64,000 bases of DNA, taken from NCBI RefSeq assembly GCF_037042905.1, contig NC_087245.1:35590001-35654000 (forward strand). The letters run 5' to 3'. A model generated the notes under the pieces. It was not told the DNA's origin and did no database searches. It saw only the letters and a program-made list of their open reading frames with translations. The stretch is from Lytechinus pictus (Eukaryota). Position numbers and translations under genes: made by a program. How positions within the stretch are numbered: position 1 is the stretch's first letter; the number at the start of each line of letters is the position of its first letter. Below, in pieces: positions 14,077-23,960 of the stretch.

Positions 14077-14638
14077 AGTGGCACTCCGGGTTGAAAACAT
14101 TTGTATCTAAATAAGTATAGTAAAATACACATAGCGTAAATGCTAAAAAAAATAAAAATTAATGACATAAATCTGATAATAAATAAAGAAGTTATTCGAT
14201 TTTGATGTTTAGCAATATTTTGTGTAAACAGTTATTTTATGCACGTCGAGATGAATATCCATTAGATGGGCTGATGATGTCACGTCTCCACTTTCGTTTT
14301 TCTTATGTTATTATATGAAACCATTAATATTTCATATTTTCAATGTATATATGCCTCCCTATAATAAAATAAATATCTAATGCATTAAATCGGTTGTCAA
14401 TCAATATTTCATTCCTTTGGATGACAAAATTTGAAGGAAAAAAAAAGAATAATGGATATCATCAGTTTGCCCATTGATTATTCGTGAAGACATGCATAGT
14501 AATGTTTCCCCGAAATAATGCAAATCTTATATTATAACTTTGTTATTCCTTGTACAACTTTTAATCATGTTCCGTGTTTTGTTTGTCTAATTTTTCTGTA
14601 TCTGTTCAAATCACATTATTTTCAGCCTTGTGTAGCCT
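14077..14638. mobile_element. Kolobok-like MITE, third family (diverged)
   Basis: Starts after TTAA. Internal sequence is collinear with 36690-37222 (e.g. TATGCACGTCG...ATGAATAT, AATCAGTTGTCAATC). Confidence 0.6.
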
Positions 14639-16112
14639 TTGAAGCTCAAAATTAATATGAATTTTAATCTTGATAAAGTTTAAGCCTGTCACTCTAACAA
14701 CAATTATTTAAACTTTTTTTTTTACTGTGCATGATTTTTTTCGATCATATAGGCTTTATTTTGACCTTGATATGGCGTATTTATCATCAGAAAGTCATTG
14801 TCGAATACTTTATTGTACTCTCATAACTGTTATTGTTTAGCGTAATCAAGGTATCGGATTGCTTTGATACTGATTTGTTGGATGAAGAATCGTAAAATAT
14901 GTATCGCATAGAAAGAGGTCAATGAAGACAGTTAACAATGTCAGGTGTATCATCAATCATTATAAACAAGTTTATTAACAATTGATCTGTGATGGTTTGT
15001 CAGTCATCGTACTCGTGTTTGTATCGATGAGCTTCCATATCTCTTGTTCGTATATATACTAATGGTAAAGTAGTTCAGGTCCTAAGTTCCCCGGCAGGGT
15101 CCGCGCTTGATATCGATAGACGTGGTCAAACCCACTTTCATGAAAAGAAAAGAAAAAACAAGCACGATATTTACGAAAACATGAATTATCAAAAGCTAAG
15201 ATACAAAAACATCAAAGCCTATAAGAAAACACTTACATCAAATCGGGCGTGGCTCTGCAATAAAAAATATCCTTACGAGATGGTTTATTAATTTTTTGCG
15301 CGTTTTATACACATTTGCTGAATTATTTTGTGTTTAATATTTAAGGGGGTGCTGACAACGCACAACGTCACCATAAAATGGTAATATTTACATTTTTACA
15401 CACGTTTACTGTAAAAATTAGGGAAGGGATGCCGAGACGACCTCCTCAGCCCACCCCCACACCCTGGTTCCGTGGCCCCTGTAGGGCCATTCAATGCACC
15501 TTTACGTTACCAATTTAGCTTTATGCCAATCAACAAGTAACAAAAGCTACTAGCTGATTTGCAAAAAGGTATGTCTGTATGTAGGCATGATTCCTTCTAT
15601 TTCTTGTGAGATCGATCACGTACTAGACATGCTAGATAAAGTATGGAATTCTATAAATCAACCATAACGCCTAATTGGCGTATGCCGTCACAGCCCTGCC
15701 AACAAGTCATTTTGACCCTCTGCCATCCATACCATGGACCCTTCGTGGCTTCATCTCATGCACGAAATCATATATAGAATCTAAGTTTTTATATCGATAT
15801 GTCGATGGGATTACATATAATTCGTAGTGGATGAAATGGATGAACAAAAGGATCAGAGTGTGACGTATGTTTAAAGCTAGCCGGCCGATTTAGACAAACA
15901 TCTATTTATATCTGTAACAGTTTACGCAAAGCAATAATGAACAAATCCACGTCTGACACCCCCCCCCCTCAAAAAAAAAAAAAAACTTGAGGATAGATAT
16001 ATTTTCGCCGCTTTTTCCTCAAGTTGATTTGTTTTGAGAAGGCGCAACAGAAAGCATATTATTGAGTTATAAATAACAATGAACGCAGAGGGGATAGTAT
16101 TCTTGAAATTAC

Positions 16113-16144
<32 letters not shown>

Positions 16145-17705
16145 TAAAAAACGTGATAATAATGACGATAATCATGATGATATTAATGATGATTTAGTAA
16201 TAATATTAATAGCAATAACAATGATAATAATAACTACTACTTCTACTACTACTACTAATAATAATTATTATTGTAATAAAAATATTAAAAGTAATAATTA
16301 TTATATTTATGATAATATTGATATAATTATTAAAAATAGTGATATTGATAATAATCATTAAAAAACAATGTAGATTAATAATGGTAAACCAACCGCGATT
16401 ATTCCTTGACGGGTCATCTTGTCGGCCGTGGTCATGTGAAGTAGGCAATATAAATATTACCTTTGAAATATGGGATCATAACTCGCGTGCAGCTGTTGAG
16501 CATCAGGGTCCCCTAGCAGAGACAATTAAGTGATTTTCCAGACGTTTTGCATTCCAATGAAATGGGTTTGACATATTCAAGTTCAAATCAAATGTAGGTC
16601 ATGGAGAGTGTAGCGTTCATCGGATAGGGGGTCGTCCAGTGTATAGGCCTTATCATGAAAACAAACGGATGTATGTCTCTCCTACATGCAGCAAGGGCGG
16701 CGTCACAGGGGGGGGGGGGGGGCGGGAGGGGGGTCATCGCTCCTTATGATTTTTCCAGAACAAAGGGGAAAGGGGAAATCAGATTTAAAAATAAGAAAAT
16801 AAAAGAAAGAAGGACAAGTTTAGAATTAGAGATGTGCTTGGGTTATGTAGTTTTAGACTATAATACCCCAATTGGTAATCCATTAAAGATGAAATATATG
16901 ACGTATTTATATACATCATGCTGCCCTTTCCCTTCAAAATATTCTGGCTCCCCAAATTCAGCAGCGAATTACCAGCCACCCCCAAGCGTCGCCAATGATT
17001 CCATTTTCCTTATTCTCTTCTCCCCTCACAATGACAGGTGTGGTATCGACTGCGATGGTCAGATAATGATACCACCCAGATGAAAAATACATCAATATCA
17101 TTTTTGGTATGAATGAAAGTCACAAACTCTCGTAATAAACGACGTTACCCGATACCTATATATTTCCTGCATGGGCGTTTTCACCTTCAGAGAAAAGGAG
17201 CTGGGGCAGTAGGTCCATGGTTTCATAAACTTTCATGAATTCGGGGGGCCATGGACCCCAAAAGTTTCACGACTGAGAAAGGAGAAATGTCAGAAAAGGG
17301 AAATTAAAGGTGAAATATATGATATATTATTAGTTAAATATCATTTCAAATTTCATCACAAAATTAGATTTTTGCAGTAAAAAGGGTCTGAATTTGTGCT
17401 CGCTCTCTTCGCTCCCTCCCAGTATAAAAACCATCGCAGGCAGAGAACAACATTGTGCCAGTCGTCGTCCCAATCATGGACACCGATCGACAGCCATGCA
17501 TACATAACATGATTTTTTAAAATTTAATATTGAGATAGCAGATCATAATGTAACTAGGTGATCCACACTCTACAAGCATGCATATGCAATGCTTATTCCA
17601 TATGCCTTATTCCATATGCATGTATGTGTGACATTATTTTGTTCAAGTACTGCAAGCTTTCGTTATGTTTCTTTACAATAATTTGATTTATTTGATTTGC
17701 ATTTT

Positions 17706-18000
17706 AATAATAATAATAATATACAGTTCTTGTATAGCGCATATCACAATTATGAATAATGTCTCTATGCGCTTCCAAAGGACTTGGATATTATTACCTG
17801 ACCCCAGCTGTAGCTTGGCAGCCGTAATTACTAAGATTACAGCGCACACGCATCTCGAGGACTAAATTCCTGCCTGGGTTGAGTGCAGCACAATGTGGAT
17901 GAATTTCTTGCCGAAGGAAATTACGCCATGGCTGGGATTCGAACCCACGACCCTCTGTTTCAAAGTCCGGAGACTAATCCACTGGGCCACAACGCTCCAC
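17706..18000 (-). mobile_element. tRNA-derived SINE
   Basis: Minus-strand head GTGGAGCGTTGTGGCCCAGTGG...GGTTCGAATCCC (A/B boxes) and (TTA)n tail. Same family as 61673 and 53640. Confidence 0.85.
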
Positions 18001-18250
18001 TTTTATTTGACATGTTTGATGTATATTTGTAATGGAAATGATCTTTTTTTTTTCGGAAAAGGTACCCCGAAATGCATAGAATTGGGACACATGAGAGGCA
18101 TATTCTATTAGATTTCTATCTCTGTTGGACACATCCACCTCATCACCGCTATTATCACCCTATTCCACAATGTCCGGCTAGTCTAGCTTTTTCCCACAAT
18201 GCCCAGTGAAATCGCATGGTATAGATCATAAACCGTGACTATTAACGAGC

Positions 18251-18524
18251 CTTTTTGTAGGATCCTTTGTTATATTGATTATCTATTTCCAGAATTCATT
18301 CATTTACAAGGTCATAACTCAATTAATTTGAGCTTCCATCCACCACACGATCAATGGAGATATGACGCCCATATTTCCGATCCTGACGAAACTTTTTGTA
18401 GGATCCTTTGTTATATTGATTATCTATTACCAGAATTCATTCATTTACAAGGTCATAACTCAATTAATTTGAGCTTCCATCCACCACACGATCAATGGAG
18501 ATATGACGCCCATATTTCCAATCC
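18251..18524. repeat. Near-perfect tandem duplication, 141-bp period
   Basis: CTTTTTGTAGGATCCTTTG...GACGCCCATATTTCC at 18251 and 18392. Confidence 0.95.
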
Positions 18525-19013
18525 TGCTGATTAAGTGCCCCCCCCTCCCCTTCGGATGAGGAAATCAGCATCGCGATTGGATTGTGTGGCTGCATGGGGC
18601 TTCATGAATTGTATCACCTTCATATCCTGACAAAGCATTAAAATGATTGCCTGACATTTGTAAGAGAAAAGTGGAACAAAAAAATGTAGTATGGCCTCTA
18701 AATTTCATCATTAGATTACTTATGATTTGATAACTCTCATTACTTATCCCAACTTACTTCAATGCAGTACTTAATGCCCCGCCATTCTAGACTGCTAAAT
18801 GAGAAGAAATGTTCAAAATGACACAGGCCTTTGTAAACTTGTGACTGGTCATTAAAAATCCCGTGATCATGTTGTATGATAAAAGCGTCATAGTACATGA
18901 AGGTATGATATTATGCATTATTATTTGTTTCTCATTAGGTGTACATGTGTTGCATAATGCAAGCAAGCGAGGCAGCGAAGCGACAGTAGTTATGGGTGAG
19001 ACCTCATCCTAAT

Positions 19014-19320
19014 TGACCTTTGACCCGGTCATGACCTTTAACCTGGTCAGCCACGACCTTTGACCCATGACCTTTAACCTGGTCAGCCATGACCTTTAGC
19101 CCGGTCAGCCTTTGACCTTTAGCCCGGTCAGCCATGACCTTTAGTCCGGTCAGCCTTTGACCTTTAGCCTGTCAGCCTTTGACCTTTAGCCCGGTCAGCT
19201 ATGACCTTTAGCCCGGTCAGCCTTTGACCTTTAGCCCGGTCAGCCGTGACCTTTAGTCCGGTCAGCCTTTGACCTTTAGCCCGGTCATCCATGCCCTTTA
19301 CCCCGGTCAGCCTTTGACCA
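19014..19320 (+). repeat. Subterminal 22/23-bp tandem array (TGACCTTTAGCCCGGTCAGCC[A/TT]), left arm
   Basis: About 13-14 units read directly; mirrored at 25151-25457. Confidence 0.95.
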
Positions 19321-20133
19321 CACGACCCGATGGTTGACCCAGACTTCCGGTCAGCCATGTCACCATGAAATGGTATTACGACACAGTTATGCAACCACCG
19401 TGATGTCATCCCAGGGAATTACCCTTATTGCACCGTCGGTATTGCACCACCGTTGCGTCATCGCCGCGTATGGGTGACATTCGGTCGACATTATCACACG
19501 ATGCAGCGACGTTGCACGGGTATACGATACGATGCACAAAAACAAGACATCTATACAGTTTCCTATTTAAAAAGCGATCTTTCTCAAAAGCGATCTTTCT
19601 CCGCCTACCGGCGGATATGTCAACCGCCTCGCATGACGTCACCTGCTACATAAGAACCGTGATGTCATTCCAGGGAATTACCCTTTACCCGGTATTGCAC
19701 CACCGTGGCGCAATCGTCATCGCCACGTTTAGGATACGATGCACAAAACAGACGTATGATCTCTACACAGTTAAAAAGTGAAAAGTTATCTTTCTCCGCC
19801 TACCAGCAGATATGTCAAGCGCCTCGCGGTTCACGAATCGATCACCCCATGCACGGCCAACGCGCGTCATTGAACTTGGGATATCCTATAGGAAAGGTGA
19901 AAGCCGACTCTCTCTGCCTCTTATTACAACAATTATTGGTAATCCAACATGTGATTATAATCATGATAATAGTGACATCTCAGGCACTACTCATTCTAGA
20001 CTTTTCCCCATCAAAACTCTCTGACTTTTTCATACTGTTTTGTCCATACTTTTCATTTTAACTCACATGATCTGCCCGGCTCTCTGACTCGCAAAAAGTA
20101 TACAATATTGAAACCAGTAGATGACTTCTTTAA

Positions 20134-21197
20134 AGATCCAGACCGGACACGAAAATGAAATTGATAAATTATATACCAATCGAAAGCTTATAAGCTACTA
20201 AATACAGCAAGGTATGCTTTATGCATTTTCACCGCTTCCCAGCTGAGTATTTTGCTTGTGAATATTCCAATTATCGGGCTTCGAACCCCGCTTAGAATAT
20301 ACACTCTTAAAAATGTTGGGCAACATACGGTCCACACAACAATTGGTTAAAACTTTATCCAATTCTGGGTAGTTTTACACCAATACTGTGTAGTTTTCAC
20401 CCAAAGCACACATTATTGGTGTAAAACTACCCAGAATTGGATAAAGTTTTAACCAATTGTTGTGTGGACCGTATGTTGCCCAACATTTTTAAGAGTGTAG
20501 GCTTTATTGTGCTTTTCACCTGCCTCGAGACCGTGACGTCACGTTGTGTAAGAAGCATCGTGATTCCATAGGTTTGTACACAGAAAAACTGGGTGATTTT
20601 TTGCTTTCCAGATAACGCATTTCATTCTCTTCACTTCTATCACAGAGGGATATCACATATATTTTTACCCACAAGCTTGAATTTATGAAATCTACAGTTT
20701 TGAACTAGTTTTTGCCATATTTTATTTCCTGCTTATTTGGCGCAGATTTCAATTCTATCTGCATTTAGATTATGTATAACAACTTTTCCTGACATAGCAA
20801 TTTAGGCCCAATAAGAGCCAAACAAAGAAATCACAAAAAAGGTAGTGAATAGTTGTAGGTTTACAACAATTTGAACAGTGAATAATTTTGAGTGCCATTT
20901 TCATCTGAAAACGAAAAAAAAAAATGGATTCATAACATGGAAATGGAAGAAAATACCCAATGCTTTTGTACACAAACCTATGGAATCACAACCCTCCTGA
21001 CACAACGTGACGTCATCATTTCCAGGCGACGTGGGGGTGCTCAATCGAAGCGTACTTTGGAGGAGCAGTTTCTTTGATTTTTATTTAATATTTGTCAGAA
21101 ATGGAAGGAGATATATGTAATATTTTTGGTATATTTGTATTGTATGAATCATTACCTTTATTTTGATATATGACTGTTTTTACACCGGTCAGGGTCT
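20134..21197. mobile_element. Kolobok-like MITE inserted in the left arm only
   Basis: TTAA|AGATCCAGACCGG...CCGGTCAGGGTCT|TTAA, with internal inverted segments at ~20532-20593 and ~20956-21016. Absent from the right arm. Confidence 0.85.
20302..20497. mobile_element. CAC-ended (EnSpm/CACTA-like) hairpin MITE nested in the preceding element
   Basis: TA|CACTCTTAAAAATGTTGGG...CCCAACATTTTTAAGAGTG|TA, with ~80-bp perfect TIRs. Confidence 0.9.
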
Positions 21198-21590
21198 TTA
21201 AATCAACTTCATTCATACGCAGTACAGATGGTGATAACATGAAACACTATACAGTCAAGGATGATTCTTTATTATTATCATCATTTATTCTATTCCATTT
21301 CAATGTAGATAGGTTAAGATATTGTATTAACAGCAGATTTTGATACAAATGTAAATAATGTAAGTTATGTTCTCAAATTATGTTGTAATAACAAAATAAT
21401 TGTTAACTGTTCATTGTTAATATTAAAATGAAGTTCTCGTTTTTCTATTTCTTCGCTTAACTTAATGGATTGTAACACATGTATATGGATGGCATTCAGA
21501 AAATATGAACACAATGAAGTTCAAACTGTCATTTATGTTGACGGCGTTTTCTTGGATGATTATCATTTGACAAGCATGATGTTTGTGCCT

Positions 21591-22241
21591 TTAGTTGTAG
21601 ACTCCATCTTCGACCTCCGTTTCTACTCCACCATCATCATTATCGTCATCGTCACCTTGATACTGGAATAAACCATCGAATCGTGAACCATGCCTGGCTA
21701 ACACTCTCTGTACGGCTTTCCGGAATTCCATGCCATTCTCTAATCTTTCCGTGAGATCGGACACGATTTCACGATTGATGTCAGCGTCTTCGAGGTACAC
21801 GTTCTGCTGCAAGAACTGAGAGTAAAGATCGAAAAAGATACGTTTGACTGCCCAGAGTAGTTTCACGTGAGCCTTTGCTTTAGCGTCTTCTTCTTCCATT
21901 CCTTCTGAGATGTATTTCTGATATTTTTCGTCTCTCAAGTCCTCGGTGGCTGTCATGGCTTGGTCTAACCATCCTCGATAAGCGAGGTTGTCTTCAGTTT
22001 CTTCCATGTTTGCTGTCATTGACGATTCGTGTCCATCGCTTTCTGATACGCTCGTTCCGGAATCATCGTTGGATTCTTCAACTCTTTGCATTTGAGAGGA
22101 TGGGTCGGAGTCTTCATCTTCACTCGTTTCTTCTCCAGTATCATGCTCGTTTTGTTCATGCCTCTGCATATCATACTTCCTACTAAAGGTTTTATCGCAT
22201 CGTGAACAAGCGTAGCGGTTGGACATATCCAACGTATTCAT
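21591..22241 (-). CDS. Single C2H2 zinc-finger protein with acidic tracts (216 aa from first ATG), left-arm copy
   Basis: Intronless ORF with CSRC-x12-H-x4-H (YACSRCDKTFSRKYDMQRHEQNEH), a D/E/S-rich linker, a helical-looking C-terminal domain and an acidic tail. The ORF-track start at 22289 is a TTG. Confidence 0.8.
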   Translation of the reverse strand: MNTLDMSNRYACSRCDKTFSRKYDMQRHEQNEHDTGEETSEDEDSDPSSQMQRVEESNDDSGTSVSESDGHESSMTANMEETEDNLAYRGWLDQAMTATEDLRDEKYQKYISEGMEEEDAKAKAHVKLLWAVKRIFFDLYSQFLQQNVYLEDADINREIVSDLTERLENGMEFRKAVQRVLARHGSRFDGLFQYQGDDDDNDDGGVETEVEDGVYN

Positions 22242-22348
22242 GTTGACTCGATGATTATTTGTTGGGAAATGAAGAAAATTAACGTTCAACCTTGTAATAA
22301 TACGTAATCATGAAACGCGCGCGAAGGTACTTCGATTACTCACAATTC

Positions 22349-22707
22349 TTACGGATTTTTACGGATTTTTGCGGATTCTTACAGATTTTTACGGATTCTT
22401 ACGGATTTTTACGGATTCTTACGGATTCTTACGGATTCGTACGGATTCGTACAGATTTTTACGGATTCTTACGGATTATAGCCTACGGATTCTTACGGAT
22501 TTTTGCGGATTCTTACGGATTCTTACGGATTTTTACGGATTCTTACGGATTTTTTACGGATTCTTATGGATTTTTACGGATTCTTACAGATTTTTACGGA
22601 TTCGTATGGATTCTTACGGATTCGTACGGATTTTTACGGATTCTTACGGATTATAGCCTACGGATTCTTACGGATTTTTGCGGATTCGTACAGATTTTTA
22701 CGGATTC
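22349..22707 (+). repeat. 10-bp tandem array (TTACGGATTY)n, ~35 units
   Basis: Counted by eye; includes variant units and two TATAGCC-marked longer units. Confidence 0.95.
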
Positions 22708-22751
22708 ATCCACGTTGGAATGACCCCATGGGTCATTCCAACGTGGATGAA
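22705..22751. other. Perfect 22-bp stem / 3-nt loop hairpin at the centre of the palindromic element
   Basis: TTCATCCACGTTGGAATGACCC-CAT-GGGTCATTCCAACGTGGATGAA. Confidence 0.95.
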
Positions 22752-22786
22752 CATATTTTCCTTGAGATTATATGAAAGCATTAATT

Positions 22787-23203
22787 AATCCGTAGAATCT
22801 GTAAAAATCCGTAAGAATCCGTAAAAATCCGTACGAATCCGCAAAAATCCGTAAGAATCCGTAGGCTATAATCCGTAAGAATCCGCAAAAATCCGTAAGA
22901 ATCCATACGAATCCGTAAAAATCTGTAAGAATCCGTAAAAATCCGTAAGAATCCGTAAAAATCCGTAAAAATCCGTAAAAATCCGTAAGAATCCGTAAGA
23001 ATCCGCAAAAATCCGTAAGAATCCGTAGGCTATAATCCGTAAGAATCCGTAAAAATCCGTACGAATCCGTACGAATCCGTAAGAATCCGTAAGAATCCGT
23101 AAAAATCCGTAAGAATCCGTAAAAATCTGTAAGAATCCGCAAAAATCCGTAAGAATCCGTAAAAATCTGTAAGAATCCGCAAAAATCCGTAAAAATCCGT
23201 AAG
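22787..23203 (-). repeat. 10-bp tandem array in inverted orientation, ~41 units
   Basis: (RAATCCGTAA)n on the + strand; same variants as the left array but a different unit count. Confidence 0.95.
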
Positions 23204-23309
23204 AATTGTGAGTAATCGAAGTACCTTCGCGCGCGTTTCATGATTACGTATTATTACAAGGTTGAACGTTAATTTTCTTCATTTCCCAACAAATAATCAT
23301 CGAGTCAAC

Positions 23310-23960
23310 ATGAATACGTTGGATATGTCCAACCGCTACGCTTGTTCACGATGCGATAAAACCTTTAGTAGGAAGTATGATATGCAGAGGCATGAACAAA
23401 ACGAGCATGATACTGGAGAAGAAACGAGTGAAGATGAAGACTCCGACCCATCCTCTCAAATGCAAAGAGTTGAAGAATCCAACGATGATTCCGGAACGAG
23501 CGTATCAGAAAGCGATGGACACGAATCGTCAATGACAGCAAACATGGAAGAAACTGAAGACAACCTCGCTTATCGAGGATGGTTAGACCAAGCCATGACA
23601 GCCACCGAGGACTTGAGAGACGAAAAATATCAGAAATACATCTCAGAAGGAATGGAAGAAGAAGACGCTAAAGCAAAGGCTCACGTGAAACTACTCTGGG
23701 CAGTCAAACGTATCTTTTTCGATCTTTACTCTCAGTTCTTGCAGCAGAACGTGTACCTCGAAGACGCTGACATCAATCGTGAAATCGTGTCCGATCTCAC
23801 GGAAAGATTAGAGAATGGCATGGAATTCCGGAAAGCCGTACAGAGAGTGTTAGCCAGGCATGGTTCACGATTCGATGGTTTATTCAAGTATCAAGGTGAC
23901 GATGACGATAATGATGACGGTGGAGAAGAAACGGAGGTCGAAGATGGAGTCTACAACTAA
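23310..23960 (+). CDS. Single C2H2 zinc-finger protein with acidic tracts (216 aa from first ATG), right-arm copy
   Basis: Mirror copy of 21591-22241, differing by Q/K and V/E near the C-terminus. AATAAA at 24262 downstream. Confidence 0.8.
   Translation: MNTLDMSNRYACSRCDKTFSRKYDMQRHEQNEHDTGEETSEDEDSDPSSQMQRVEESNDDSGTSVSESDGHESSMTANMEETEDNLAYRGWLDQAMTATEDLRDEKYQKYISEGMEEEDAKAKAHVKLLWAVKRIFFDLYSQFLQQNVYLEDADINREIVSDLTERLENGMEFRKAVQRVLARHGSRFDGLFKYQGDDDDNDDGGEETEVEDGVYN

Noticed and set aside
19164..20061. Short ORFs (66-118 aa) in the outer arms and their mirrors at 24426-25307
   Set aside because: Derived from tandem repeats or non-ATG starts, with no recognisable domains. One is frameshifted between arms by the 16-bp indel.
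22349..23203. CRISPR-like or true telomeric array
   Set aside because: No unique spacers and no cas genes, in a eukaryotic context. The unit is not TTAGGG-type; 'telomere-like' refers only to the arrangement.
22310..23241. ORFs of 75-157 aa (MKRARRYFDY...FLRIFTDSYG repeats) reading inward through the central arrays
   Set aside because: The 10-bp unit lacks stop codons on that strand, so overlapping ORFs arise automatically. The two mirror versions differ in length and frame, so there is no sign of coding constraint.
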